A DNA stretch of 64,000 nucleotides from contig NC_135670.1 of assembly GCF_964188315.1 (NCBI RefSeq), positions 38,068,001-38,132,000 on the forward strand, written 5' to 3'. The stretch comes from Podarcis muralis. Its lineage: Eukaryota. Numbering within the stretch: position 1 is the stretch's first letter; each line of letters opens with the position of its first letter. Both the position numbers and the translations under genes were made by a program. Positions 38,337 through 60,900 of the stretch are shown in pieces. The notes beneath the pieces were generated by a model. That model had not been told where the DNA came from. It ran no database searches and saw only the letters and a list, made by a program, of their open reading frames with translations.

Positions 38337-38801
38337 TATAAGCGTCAATAGACTGACCTTTTTAATAGGAAGCTACTCTTTATGTTTCTAAGCAATTTGT
38401 TACCTTTCAATTAATTCACCAATTTTATAATGGCTCTTAGTACCATTAAATAATGCCTTACAGTGGTACCTTGGTTAATCCGTTCTGGAGTCCGGTCTTA
38501 AACCAAAGTGGTCTTAAACCAAGGCATGCTTTCCCATAGAAAGTAATGGAAAACGGATTAAATTCTCTCATAAATAAAAATTGCAGCGGGAGACTTAAAA
38601 AGCATCAGATGATGTTAAATTCTCTGGGAATGGAAATACTTTAAACGAGAAGTTATTGGGTAAGCTTTTTATCATAATCCCACAAAGCTCTTAACATGCA
38701 GCTGCTAACAAACAGTAAAACGAAGGAATAAAGAGTAGAATTGCTCCTTAAAGACGCAAAGCAAGCATCAGGCTCTAGGTTTGTTTTTTTAAAGAAGGTG
38801 T

Positions 38802-38807
38802 TTTATT
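38802..38807 (-). promoter_or_regulatory. Candidate polyadenylation signal of TMED2 (implies ~1.7-kb 3'UTR)
   Basis: AATAAA on minus at the end of a repeat-poor, AU-rich stretch downstream of the stop. Confidence 0.45.
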
Positions 38808-40514
38808 TATCGAATCTGGCCATATATCAAGAACTTTTAAATGTACATCTTCTCATTAGAATGCAACTTGTCTCACACAAGGGTTGGCATATGACAGCTG
38901 CACTGGGGGGGGGGGGAGAGCCACCCCTTTGAAGGACAGCTGCTAAGTGTCTAGCTGAGGCTGAAAAGATTTACTTGAACCATGAAAACTTGTAACAAAT
39001 TTTAATTAAATTAAATTTGGTACAAAACTCTTATGCATTACCGATAGAATGCTTCCCCCACTCTTGAAAAGAACCCAACCCCACCCACCCCCAAAATTAC
39101 AACCAATATACATCAGTTCAATATACATCAGCCACAACATAATCTTGGATCAGCACCCCGCTCCCAGAGACAGACATGGTGATTTTTAAACCCATCATCC
39201 AGACAGCAAGAAGAAAAATAGCTGGTACAAAAACTGAAGTTGGTGTGTGTTTAAAAGAGAGGAAGATGAACAAAATGATTTCAATACAGCCTAACTGGGA
39301 GTGCCAACTCCTTTCCTGAGTGAGGCCCCTGTTCCTTTAACAGCAGTGCAAAAAAGGAAAACCTCAACAGGTACACTTTATCATGGAGCTGCAGTTAACA
39401 GGAGCTGCACCTGCTAAATTTCTATGTGCTGCTATTAAATGCCCAAAAGCCTCTTGGGAAGATGCACTTGCAGGAGGGAAACCGCACCCGTTTCATTTCT
39501 CCCCGCTACATAAAAGGCACAGGAGTCTTCGTTATAGGAAAGGGGATTGCAATCCGAGTGGTGTTGTGACCACAGCAGCATAGCCGCTTCTTCTTTCATG
39601 TATCGGATGTGTAGCACGGTAATAACCTCCCTTCCACCGCCTCCCAGCCCGCCCATCACCACTGTTAAAACCCTTTGGCATCAGGAACCAACATCCTGAA
39701 TACTAGTTCTACAACAGTGCCAAACACAGGAGCAGCTTTGGATTGTAAGCAAAAAGGAAAAGATGTAGCTAAGTCCCCCCTAAATGGCTGCCTGTTCATA
39801 AATTTGCACACAAGAACACATGGTTAACTGGCAAGAACTGTGTTGTATTTTCATATCTTTAATTAAGAACCTCAGGACCAAGCCAGTGTAATTACAGAAG
39901 GAGTACAGGAGACTTTACAGAAGCCACCTAAGCACTCCCTAGTAGAGCGATCCACTGGTTTCAGTATGTTTGAACACCAACATGCCCATTTCTTTCTTGG
40001 CATGCTTTCTTGACAGTACTGTCAGGCTTGTCCGCATGCCACAATTCCACCCCTGGGTAAAGCGGAGAGGAAATCCTCTGATCAAATTAAAAAATGTCTC
40101 CCCCACAGGCATTTAAAAGGTGTTTTAGGACCTTGTGCCATTTCCCTTACACGAAAACAGTATTCTATTACCAAAAAAAAGGGAGACAGAAAACAATCAA
40201 GGAAAATTTTCACTTGATCAATAGCGCTGGTTTAAAAACAAACTTTTGCAATTTCGTTGAACTCACTTTGGCTTGTGAGAAACAAAGTTTACCAATTTCA
40301 ATGTACAACTCTCAGCTCATGTTTCCCTAGAGAGGGTATCTATAGATACATAGATATATAAAATTAAGCTAAGAAGAAAACTGAAAACACAAGTTTTATA
40401 GTTCAGAACATAGGGATAAAGAAAACTAAGTGAATTTTGTGACCAAGTTGTTTTGTAGAAGTGAATGGAGAATCTGGGATCACTGGAGAGAGAGGCCAAG
40501 GGGGGAAAGTTTGA

Positions 40515-49115
<8,601 letters not shown>

Positions 49116-49792
49116 GGCGGCGGCGGCGTCGAGGGGAGGCTGGAAGCGAGCGAGGCCAGGCGAGGGGAGGGGGAAGAGGGCCGACGGGCTCGCGCGCTGC
49201 GCTCCGGCGCCTGCCAAGCCCGCAGAGCAAATGGGCTTCGGCGGAGGGGCAGCTTCCGGCCCACGCCCCGCCCCTTCCGGCGCACGGGGCCCTCGCTCAT
49301 AGGTCGGAGACGCGGCCCGATGCCACGTACGGCCTGCGGGGGGCGGGGGGGGATGGCGGCGGCCCTCGAGGGAGCGACGGGGCGGCGCCTGGCTGCGAGG
49401 CGCGCCTTGATTGGGCGGGGAGGCGAGGAAAGGGAAGCGGACGGCGGCCCCGCGAGGCCAATCCGCGTGCTTGGCGCAGTTTATGGGCGAAGCGACGGGG
49501 GCCGAGGGAGGACATTCCTCGCTGCTTCTAGATTGTCTGGCCAAGGGAGGGCGCCAGGGGTGACTTCAGCGAGGGCCTTCCAGCCTCTTGTTTATATTAC
49601 AGAATCGCAGACTGGGAAGGGACCACGAGGGTCATCTAGCCCAACCCCCTGCAGTGCAAGATATTATATATTCATTTATTCAGATTACAGTAACAACACT
49701 GAAATAGCAAATTATCCAACAACAAACAGCCTGTCCTGGTATATGTACAGACTTGTAGTTGCACATTATGATAGTTAAATTCACCCTCCGAT

Positions 49793-49855
49793 TGCTGCTT
49801 TAATCTAAATTAAATGCTGCTTTAATCTAAATTAAATGCTGCTTTAATCTAAATT
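49793..49855. repeat. 22-bp tandem repeat x~3 (TGCTGCTTTAATCTAAATTAAA)
   Basis: Direct reading. Confidence 0.85.
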
Positions 49856-51363
49856 AGAAAGTGCACTAATGGGAAGACATAACACCCTCAAGCAAATTAG
49901 GGTGGTTGTAGGATTAATGTTCATGTCCTCTTCACAGACAAATCGGAATTCATGCTGAATAAAGACCTGATCTAATCTAACCTCTGCATAAGCTTTGTGC
50001 AAGCAAATGAGGATGGACACTCAATGAATAGGTTGCCTGGAGAAGCCTGAAGGCTTCTTCCACCATGGGCAGTTAACTGGGGTTGGTGAGAGCTGATGTT
50101 TGGTAGAGCTGCTGAAAATGCTGCCTGAATAATATTGGATCCATTTCTGTTAGTGTACTATATTTGAGGGCAATTTTATTTTGAGAATCTTTTAGAAACC
50201 ACTTTTGAGAGCCTCTCAGGGCTATAAATGTGAAATAATCTTTCATGGATTGGATTCCACTTAACCTGCACCCTTTAAAGATTGCTAACAGTTTGATCCT
50301 ATACATGTTTACTCTGAAGCAAGTCCCACTTTAGCAAATGGTACCTAAAACCTTAATGATACTGTTACTTGCAGCAGCTGGAGCAGCAGTGCCCCAGGAA
50401 CAGTGTATTAAGTCCCATCCTTGGGCAGATAAATGAAGCACAGGGAAAAGGTATTAAACCTTTACTATTCAGCTGTGTGAAGCAGATCACCACCCTCTAC
50501 CCCCTTGAAGAGTGAAACAAACCATACATGGGTCTGTACAGGATTGAATATAATTAATATATCCTCTTACTAATTCCATCATAAGGTTATGGGCCCAGTT
50601 TAGGAATAATTTCCAGATATATTAAATAGTTTTTCAGCTTTTGAATGGATTTTGAGGCTTGAGTTGTAAACTGCAAAAGATATATTTTTTTCTTAGCCTC
50701 ACAGCACCAGAGAAAAACCCTTCCTGTGCAACCCAGCAAGTAGGGGAAAGGCTATTTATTTTGTGTGTGTTTTGGATTTTGTAATGGTTTTTCCATTTTT
50801 TCTAGTGTACTTTTTGAAAAATATTTCTTTGTATGACTTTTGGCATTTTTTATTTTAAGATGGATAGCAAGGGTTCCATTGCAGAGGAAAGCCCCAATTT
50901 ACCTAAGCTTACTGAAAACAATTTCAACCAATGGAAAAGGTGCTTAGAAGCTGGATTTTTAGTTAGGGGAATTATGGAATGTATCATCCAGTTTGTATTA
51001 AGTATGTTCTAGCTTTTCAGTAATGGATAGGAAGTCTATCACGTGACTGCTACAGTCCTTTTTGGATTCAAGCTTTAATCTAAATAAATCTCTCACCCAG
51101 GCACAGTGAGAGCACTTGCAGCTGTTTCACCTGTCTTAGTGTGAACCATTTGAGTATCTAAATATTGTCCAGAATGATGGACACAGCTAGATTTTTCTGC
51201 TGCTGCCATTTCTTTATTAAGGTTTCATTTTCACTGGGTGTCTCTTGTGGAACCGGTACTGTATGTCCTACAGTTGAATCGCAACATGATTAGTGTGTCC
51301 ATTTTGGACAGAATAGATTTCTCTGTACAATTTGAAAATGTAAAATGCCAGGTGACCAGAGAT

Positions 51364-51493
51364 CATAGCTGTCAACGTTTCCCTTTTTTTCTAAAAAAAA
51401 TATGATATTTATTAGAAACCTAAAGGTTTTTAAAGGGAAATTCCCTTATTCCAAATAGAATTCCTCGCAGGAAAAGGGAAAAGTTGATGGGGC
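51364..51493. mobile_element. Second copy of the 90-bp hAT-type MITE with ~40-bp AT-rich insertion
   Basis: Same interior as 55900..55989; CCAGAGAT on both flanks; right TIR degenerate. Confidence 0.65.
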
Positions 51494-53328
51494 AGCCAGA
51501 GATGGTGAATTATATGCTGAAGCATGTTTGATTGATGGTGTATACGATACTAATCTTTCAGAACCCCAGACTGCAAATGGGGCACATTCATGCCAGAAGC
51601 TTGAAGCAGATCCAGAAGTTTGGCACAGAAGATTTGGCAACAGAGAGATCAAAGCCATTGTGGAATTGTAACACAAGGAGCTTGCAAGAAGGCCCAGAGT
51701 TCACCAGCCACAATAAAGTTTCTAAGTTGCATCACTGAAGAAAGTGTTAAGCATTCTTTTCTTCCATGTACAGAAAAGCACCAGAGTGCTTGATGTAGTC
51801 TACAGTGTTGTATGGGATCCAGGGAGTGCCCTCCAGCAGCATAATGTGGTTTGCTGGAGCCTGGGGTGCACACATGCTGGACATGCCTGCACCTGCTGGG
51901 CCAGCCTAGCCCTTGCCACAGTCACCATCAGAGCAACCCCCTGCCAAGTGGGGCCACACTGCACCGCCTGCCCACCTGCACAGCGGGGAGGCCGGTTGGT
52001 TGAAGTGGCCCTTCACGGGCAAATCCCCCCCAACACCCAGGGAGAGAAGCGCCAGCCTACACTGGGGTCACCCCTTGCCCGCCTCCCTCCGTTCAGCGAG
52101 GGTGCCGGGGACATGGCAGCAAGGCCAGGCTGGGACTGGGGCCCAGAGACCCCCAGCAGCAGGAAGGGAAGGATAGGGAATTGGGGATGGGGCCCACCAA
52201 GTCATTCCTGGGCAGGATGGGTATCCACACAGAAGCCAGCGCATGTGTGGGGGCACCTGGTTCATCCCCCCTCAAAATTGTGCACCCGGGGCCACAGCCC
52301 TGCTGCCCCCCAATGCTATGCCATTGGTTCCCTCCCTAAAGAAAAGAAGTATATTCTAATCTTACTATTTGATTTCTCAAGATACTGTGCTGTGTATTTT
52401 CTCAATAAGAAAAGCGAAACAGTGGAGATATTCAGAAAATACTGGTACAGTATCTTGCCATGGAGAGCAACAAGTTTCAGAGGAAACCCACAACTTTCGT
52501 CAGCGACCACAGGGATGTACATACCACATTCAAACCCTCCTAGAAAAGGAAGGGATTACATGTGTAAAGAATGTTAGTGACACTCTATAACAGAACTCAG
52601 CTGCTGAGAGAAAGTTCAGTTCTCATATGGAGATGACGAAGGTGCATGCTGAGAGATGGTGGCCTTTCCAAATACACTGCAGTGGCTACTGCATGTCCCC
52701 ACATGCTTTTGGGAGCAACACACACTATTACAAGGAAGTGGGTATTCAAGGTAAAGCAGGGGGCAGAAGGTGAAGTTGAGTGGTACAAAGCAAGACGTGG
52801 TGAAAGGTTACTCGCAAAAGTACAGAGAGGACTATGATTAGACTTTTGCACCTGTCGTGAGACACACCCCCAGTAGTCTGATCGTTATAACATCCTTATT
52901 CCCCCAACAGAGCTACAGTTCCCAGAGTGGTTAACAATAAATCCTTCTTCCAAGGGAACTCTGGGAACTGCTGAGCTTAGGGTTCTCCTTACAGCTCTCA
53001 GCACCCTTAACAAACTATAGTTCCCAGGATTCTTTGGGGTGGGGAAGCCATGACAGTTTAAGTTGGTAGAATAGTGCTTTAAATGTATGGTGTGGTTCCA
53101 GATTAATTTCTCCATCTGTAAAATGGGTGTAATAACATCTAGTCTCACCAAGTTATTGTATGGACATTTCATTGTCATCTTTGTAAGGGTCTGATATTGT
53201 AATAGACTGCCTGAGTTTTTGAAACAGGTTAGTCTGTCAAGATGTAGATTATCCTGTGTTGTGTGAAGGAAGTTGCCTGGGGAAAGCGAAATTACTAAAA
53301 GGCACAAAGGCTGGGTAATCTCTAGGAT

Positions 53329-53330
<2 letters not shown>

Positions 53331-53364
<34 letters not shown>
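53331..53364. repeat. (TA)n microsatellite
   Basis: Direct reading. Confidence 0.9.
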
Positions 53365-53367
<3 letters not shown>

Positions 53368-54321
53368 AATCTAATGGAAACACACTGGCGTATTTTTGTT
53401 GCCTTCTCAGCCATGTAATTTGTTGATTTTAGAATAGCTCAGGGGAAGTTGGCTCATTTCACTTACCATGACTGACTAGGTTGTGATACACAGTGACTGT
53501 TTTCACAAGTGATGTTTGAGTCAATTACTGCATTTCCAACTTTCATAAATTGAATGAATAGGCCTCCTTGACTAGAGGGTACAACTGATTTAGGAATAGC
53601 TCTCTTCCATTTTGTGCCTGATAATAACAACATTCAGGTGTTGCATTCCAGATGTGTATTCCCCATCCTAGCCATCTTGATAGAAGGCAACGGTAGAAGT
53701 TTATAAAATTATGCACATCATGGGGAAGGTGGATGATGTTTGTTTTATCATCACTGCTTCAACTATTGCTGGATGTCCTAACTCCTTACCTGGGAGTAAA
53801 CCCCATTGAACTGAATAGGACTTGTTTTTGATTAAACATTAATAATTACTATTTCATACTGGTACCACAAAGTATGATATATCACATTTATGGAGAAACC
53901 CCCAAAATGATAGTTTTATGTGGCACTTCAAAGACAGACACATTTACCTGGAGCTCTTTTATTAGTTATATTAATAAGGAAGACAATTCACAGCATCCTC
54001 TCTCATATTATGTAAGAATTTGGAATGCTTAACACCTGTATTTATGTTTTAGTACCACATTCCCATTATGTTCATTGTGCTTGCTTAATATGATCTTATC
54101 CTTTTATATTTTGTAATGTAAACAGTTTTCCTGGCCTGAGTTTTGCTGAAGTGTTATTACATAGGAGTCATTGTGTATAGATTGCTAACAAAAAAAATTT
54201 TTTTATTGTTTTTTTTGGGCTGTAATATGGGGAGAAATACATGGAGTTATTTGCTCAATTGTTACTTGGTGCATTGCAACCCTCCTTTGCAATAACTGTT
54301 ACTGACTAAAAATGACAAATA

Positions 54322-54624
54322 CAGTGGTGCCTCGCAAGACGAAATTAATTCGTTCCGCGAGTTTTGTCGTCTTGCGATTTTTTTCGTCTTGCGAAGCACG
54401 GTGTCGGGAAAGTTTTGGAAAAGCTTCAAAAATCACCAAATCTTTAAAAACCTCAAAAAGGCTACCGCACCGCGTTCTATGAGTTGCTCCTCGAAGTCAA
54501 GTCGCAACTGTATTAACGGTGTTAAGAAAAAGGAAAAAAACTTGCAAGACGTTTCCATCTTGCAAAGCAAGCCCATAGGGAAAACCGTCTTGCGAAGCAG
54601 CTCAAAAGACAAAAAACCCTTTCG
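54322..54624 (+). mobile_element. Tc1/mariner-type MITE family A, 3'-truncated
   Basis: Left TIR after TA; right TIR absent, replaced by a short GATTAGTACT tandem. Confidence 0.75.
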
Positions 54625-54784
54625 TGATTAGTACTGCACTGGATTAGTACTCCACATGATTAGTACTGCACTGGAGTTGTTTTAATAGCTGCTTTGTATT
54701 GTGTGTGTTTGTAGCCTACTGCTTTTCATCGTTTTGTCACTTGTGTTTTTTAAGCAGTTGTTATTAACTTACTGGTTACAGTTT

Positions 54785-55150
54785 CCAGAAGGTTAGTGGG
54801 TTGTGTCAGTCCCACTGCAGCAAAATCAACAGGGTCTTTGGGGTACCTTAACAAATTTATGAGGGCCGAAGCTTTCCTAGATCAGAGTCCACTTCATCAG
54901 TGTGACCTTCAGCATCCTTCATGAATCTGTTGAAGTTGATTCTAGCTCATGAAAGCTTATTCCGCTATAAAAGTGCCTTTCTTGAAAGTTAATGCTGAAA
55001 AAAACACCTTGCTAACAATGAAGTCCAAGTCCAATGAAGTGGGCTTCACACCATAATAAATTTGCCAGACTTTAAGGTGCCCAAATGTTTAATGCCTGGT
55101 TTTGCTTCATTTTATAACTAAGTGTCTTGTGGTGGCACCTTAAAGCCAAA
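54785..55150. mobile_element. Old, degenerate Penelope-like pLTR/tail remnants
   Basis: Tail-like ...cagcaaaatcaacagggtctttggggtacctta... and decayed core acttcatcag (CTGATGAAGT on minus); ...ctttaaggtgc...; boundaries approximate. Confidence 0.5.
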
Positions 55151-55386
55151 GGTCACTCACACCATACATTGAAAGCGCTCTTGTATGACTTTTAACAGGC
55201 ATGGCTTCCCCCAAGAATCCTGGAAACTGTAGTTCCTTAAGGGCATCCTAACAACTCTCAGCATCCTTAAGAAACTACAGTTCCCAGGATTGGTGGTGGT
55301 GGGGAGCCATGCTGTTAAAGTGGTGTCAGAGTGTTCGTGTGACAACAACACTTTATTGGATTGCCTTCTGCTTCATCAGAAGCATT

Positions 55387-55722
55387 AAGGTAAAGGTAAA
55401 GGTACCCCTGCCCGTACGGGCCCTGCCCGTACTCAAGAGGCCATGGGCCAGCGCTGTCCGGAGACACTTCCGGGTCACGTGGCCAGCGTGACATCGCTGC
55501 TCTGGCGAGCCAGAGCCGCACACGGAAACGCTGTTTACCTTCCCGCTAGTAAGCGGTCCCTATTTATCTACTTGCACCCGGGGGTGCTTTCGAACTGCTA
55601 GGTTGGCAGACGCTGGGACCGAACAACGGGAGCACACCCCGCCGCGGGGATTCGAACCACCGACCTTTCGATCAGCAAGTCCTAGGCGCTGAGGCTTTTA
55701 CCCACAGCGCCACCCGCGTCCC
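55387..55722 (-). mobile_element. Sauria SINE with internal deletion near the 3' end
   Basis: Head, box and tail present; TSD ATCAGAAGCATTA. Confidence 0.9.
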
Positions 55723-55899
55723 TATCAGAAGCATTACCTGTTGTTATTAGCTTCCTTGAGCTTTTTAAAGCAGGCTGCAGATGTTTTGAATCAAGGGCAG
55801 CCAACACAGTGTCCTCCAAATGTTGGAAGCCAGACTGCTGGTCCATCTAACTCAGCTCTGTCTACATCAGAGGAAGAAGGACCCTGTGTCCCTCCAGTT

Positions 55900-55989
55900 C
55901 ATAGCTGTCAATGTTTCCCTTTTTTAAAGGGAAATTCCCTTATTCCGAATAGGATTCCTCGCAAGAAAAGGGAAAAGTTGACAGCTATG
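55900..55989. mobile_element. 90-bp hAT-type MITE
   Basis: TIR CATAGCTGTCAA; flanks CTCCAGTT/CTCCAGAT (7/8 TSD). Confidence 0.75.
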
Positions 55990-56619
55990 CTCCAGATCAG
56001 CCTTCCCCAGCCTGGTGCCTTCCATATATTTTGGAAAACAACCCTCACCAGCAAGCATAGCAAGCAATCAGGAATAGGGATGGAAGCCACTTGGTTTTTC
56101 CAGCTTGACTCAAGCAGGATGCAGATCACCACCTGTCAAAATCAGGTGGGCAGTTATAGTTGGAAGCTCTCTCCCAACAAACTCGCTTTTCCAAAACACC
56201 AGACTTTTCGCGGTAAAGAAAGTGAAGGGGAAATGTACTGGGAAGGGTGGGGTGATGCTTTGGCACAATTGTTATCTAACTTCCCCACAAATGAATCAGA
56301 GCAGTCTGGGATTGTCTGATCTCCATGCAAACAAATCAAGATGAAAGAGACCATCGTGAAGGGCGTCTAGTCCAAAATTTATTGAGGGTGCCAGGTCGGG
56401 GAAGCCTATTCCAGATGTTGTGGGGCCCCAGCTCTTTTCTTTCCCACCCAGCCAAGGACAATGGGGATCAAGAAGGCAACAGCTGGCTGGATCAGCATCC
56501 TTTTCTCTCAGCAGCCTGTGGGAAGCCGGGAAGAAGCTGGACCTGAGCGCAGCAGCCCTTTGCCTCCCTGGGATTCAGAGGCAAACTGTCTCCGACCTGC
56601 AGCCCCTGAGAGCCTTGTG

Positions 56620-57900
56620 TCCTCCGTGAATCCGTCCGCTCCTCTTGTAAAGCTGCCCAGGAAGGCGCCCGCCCCCGGCTCCTGGGTGAAGAGCCGCTCT
56701 CTGCCCGGCATCTTCCCCCGTTCAGCTTCCATGGAACATCCGGGAGGATTCCCCGGGCAACATCTGGATTCGGGCCGCCCCACGCCGCTGCTTCAGCCAA
56801 ACCCAGGAGCCGGGGAAACCCATCCTGCGGAGCTGGGCTGGCGCATCCTTCGGCGCTGCCATTCCCGATCCCCTCGCAGAGCTGCTCCCGAGTCCATCCC
56901 AGCTGTTCTTCCCAGCTCGGACGGGGCGGGGGCGGGCCTGCGTCCTGGGCAGCCTCGTGCCCTCCTCCTCCTCCTCCCTCCGCCTCGGCCTGATCACAAG
57001 CTCAAGTTTATATTGGAAGTGAGCGGAGGGAGGAGGAGGAGGGGTCTGGGGCTCGGCGGCGACCGAGATTTGCTCCTCGCCCTCTCCGCCTTCTTCCCGG
57101 GATGCCCACCGGACCGTCGGAGGGGCCGGAGTCGGGCTCGGGCCGCGGGGGTCCAGCGCCCAGCTGCTGCCTCTAGCTAAGTTTGGCCGCGGCGCGAAGC
57201 CAGCGAAGTTTGCAAGTTGCGCGGCCCGCGGGCTCGGCTCTCCGGTCCTTGGGAAAGGCCGCTGCGGTGCCCCGCGAGGGAGGCTGGCTGGCCGCCGCCT
57301 GGGAGCCTGGAGCCTGGGCCGGGCAAGCGGGCGGCAGGCGCAGCCATGGACGGCGTCTCCGGCCTGGGCTCTCCGGCGCTGGAGAAGAACGTGGCCGAGC
57401 TGACGGTGATGGACGTGTACGACATCGCCTCGGCGGTGGGCCAGGAGTTCGAGCGGCTCATCGAGCAGCACGGCTGCGAGGCCATCGGGCGCCTGATGCC
57501 CAAAGTGGTGCGCGTGCTGGAGATCCTGGAGCTGCTGGTCAGCCGCAACCACCTCAACCCCGAGATGGAGGAGCTGCGCCTGGAGCTCGACCGCCTCCGC
57601 CTCGAGAGGGTGGATCGCATCGAGAAGGAGAGGAAGCACCAGAAGGTCGGCCGTGGCGGGGATCGGGGCTTCTCGGGCGGGGGGGGGGGCTTGGTTTCGG
57701 GGCAAGGCAGCCCTTCTTTCCCGCGGACGGTCCTCGAGGCTGCTCACGAAACTCTGGCCGGCTGCGCGGCGCGCTGGACTTCGCGGCATCCGCCTGCGTG
57801 TGCCCGGGCTCGTTTTCTGCTCTTTACTCAGAATTTAAGTCCTGCTGGGATCGGTGGTTTACTCGCGGGAAAAGGGCGTCGTAGGGTTGAGGATCCTCTA
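56620..57900 (+). promoter_or_regulatory. CpG island / promoter of RILPL1
   Basis: CpG-rich stretch spanning exon 1, GGGGCGGGG boxes near 56920. Boundaries approximate. Confidence 0.7.
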
Positions 57901-60900
57901 CGCGGAAGTGGGTGGAATCCGTGCAGAGCATTTGCTGACCCCAAAGCAAAAGGGGGAAAGTCGCCAAGCCCCCAGGAAGTCTCTCAGCCCCTCCCTTCCC
58001 TGTAACTCTTTCCAAGGATGGGGTTTACTCCTAAACCGGGGTGGATGAAATGTGGCCCCTCGGGCCTCTCTGTCAGGCCCCCACAACTCTCTCTAAACCA
58101 CACTCTCTCTCCCCCCAGAACCCTATTTTGCCCTCAAAATATTTTGCCTAGCTGGAAAGTGTCCTTTAAGGCTGACAATGGCTTTTGCTTCACGGGATGG
58201 TGGACAGAGAAGAGAGTGTGTAGAAATTAGCTTTCAGTGCTTATACAAAGGCAACATATGTGGCCCTCAAAAAGGTTGTCCAGAAGCAAATATGGACCTC
58301 AGGCTGAAAAAAGGTCTCCCTCTCCTGCTGTGGAATAATATGTCTGACATGAGGCGAGTCTCTGAACATGGGCAGAATGCCATTCAATCACCATTGACTA
58401 GCCACCCTGTTCATACAGTTGAACATCATTCAACTGAAAGGTGGGATATAAATCTTTAAAACAACCAACCAAACATATCTGGATACCATTCAGGTTAAAA
58501 GCTTCCAGATAAACTTCTGCCTCAGAACCACTTAGCACATCATTGATTCATCAATAAATATTGCCTGGGTGGCTTACAAACAAAAACATGAAACACACAA
58601 GTATTATTTAAAACCAGCAATGAATAATAAAAATATATTGGAAATCCCTATTTGCATAGAGGCAGCATAAAACAATTTGCAGCCCAGATTTAAAATAAAA
58701 AGGGATTCACTTTGCCCAAATTTACTAGCCTGAGCCTATCCATGGTTACTCTTAGTACCCAATGAGATTAACTCTTGAAATTAAGTGGGGATATAGTTGC
58801 AGTCTTAGAAATTAAGGTCTCCTGGCACTCATTGAGGCAGAATTCCTATCCCATTTGATTCTAACCAGAAAAGAGGTTATTTGGTGATGAAACAGATTCT
58901 TACTATTTTTATTAATTACATTTATATCCCACCTTTCTCTCAAGGAACTCTAGGCACATATATGTTTCTCCTCATTTTATCCTCACAATGACCTTGTCAG
59001 GGAGGACAGACTGAAAAATAGTGATGGGCTGAAGGTGAGCCTCATGGCTGAGTGGAGATTTAAACTTGGGTCTCCCCAGGCTTAGTTTAGCATTCTAAGC
59101 ATCCATCAGCCTAGCTCTGTACTCTGCACTTGCCTAGAGGCACTCAAGTTGTTTTTCTTATGAGTCCTACTTTTTACTCTAGAGTTGCTCTAGAGTAAAT
59201 CTAGAGTTGATCCCTGGCTTCAAATACAAGTTCTGGGGCTTTGAGGTTCTGCAAGCTGAGCTTGGACTATGTTAGAGCCCTAGGAAGAAGGAAAAAGAGA
59301 TGGAAGAGATAAGAAAGGATATGGGATGGGAACTAGAGATATTAATTTATCCACTGTACCCATTCAGTTCTCCTAGAATTATGCTCTGAGCTGACATCAG
59401 CCTCCAATTTGGTTGTGCATTAAAGTGGTAAACGAGAGGCTAAAATAGAGTCACCAGCCACTAAAAAGATCACAGGCCTTTGACTCACTTCTCCCTCTGT
59501 CTGCCCAGAATAAATTGTGCAACAATAGCTGGGCTGTCAACTCTGGTGGATGGAGGTAACTGTTGCGGAGAGGCACTGCGTAATTGTAATTCTCTGGAAT
59601 TCATTGATTACAAATATTGGGGTGTATAGCTTTGGGTAACAACTGCAGCCCCAAGATAATCTCAGAGCTGCCACCCTTCCAGGGAAATTTCTCATCCAGG
59701 TCACTTTCCATTCAATGAAAGATCAAAGAATGAGAGGATGGGGAACCCTAAGTCTTCTGGGTAATTATTTCAAGCCAGCCCTGGAGAATTTATGGCCCTC
59801 CAGATGTTTTGGGGACTACAGCACCAAACACTGCTGGATGATGGGAGGGGCATCTGGAAGGGGCACAGGTTCCTCACATCTGTTTTAAGCAAAGCTTTGT
59901 CTGTAGTTAGCATGTGCTGTGTCTATGGCCATATTGCATTGGGGCAATTACACCAGGTCGTCCTTTATCCTCACATCAGACATGTAAGGTAGGTTAGGCT
60001 GAGAGTTGGTGCCTGGCCCAAGGCAGGGAGTGGGTGAAAACATCAATGAGTTATGTGAGTGTTAAATGTAAAACTACACATGCTCAAGAGTTATTTTTGT
60101 TTATCAAGGCCGGCAAAATGTGTTTGCGTTTTGCTGAGAGTTTTGAAACTGCACATGATCAGAATATTTTTTCATAGCCCATCAAGGCTTATGCCATGAT
60201 CCATTTGGAAGTCTTTAAGAACCCACATGACTTAATTTTATGGTACGTTATTTAATGCATTTGGTTGGGGGGGGGGTGTCCTATTTTGGGAACTGCACCA
60301 GGCACCCCTCCCTCCTTAATCCAGCCTCTCAGTTCCTCCCTTGTGTGTTGCTTTCAATCTCAGAATGGAGAAGGGGGGGGGAGAAAGATGGATCTCCCCA
60401 ATCCACTGCCTGCTGGTGTCTTTCCTCATGGGCTTTGTTTGCTACTGGCACTGCAAAAAGTGCTTTAAAATTCCTTCCTGCTCAGCAGGTTTTAAAGCAA
60501 TAACGGAAGAGGGGGTGGGAAGGGAAGGGAGCATGGCTAGAGGAGCAATAACTAAGACCTCCTCCTGCGATAAAAGCTGGGGAGGGGGTTATTGGTTTGT
60601 TCTTGTTTTTAATATGCATTTTGTGTTTTTGTCTTGAATTTTTAAGCTGTGAACTGCCTTCATCTACGGATGAAGGGTAGTATACAAATTTAATAAATAA
60701 TAATAATAATAATAATATAATATAAGACAAAATGGGTTAAGGAAGGTGACAGTAATACAAACATAAACCAGTAGCAAACCAACATTCTCTGATCATATTG
60801 CACTGTGGGAAAGCAGCTATATTAGGCTTGCCAAGTGTGGTTGCCAGCTGACCAGAAGATGGCATGTCTCTGTGCCTTAAAGAGCAGTGGAGATCTACCA

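Noticed and set aside
56722-57789. 355-aa minus ORF and TTG-started extension of RILPL1 from 57217
   Set aside because: Antisense or CpG-island shadows of RILPL1 exon 1; homology starts at ATG 57346.
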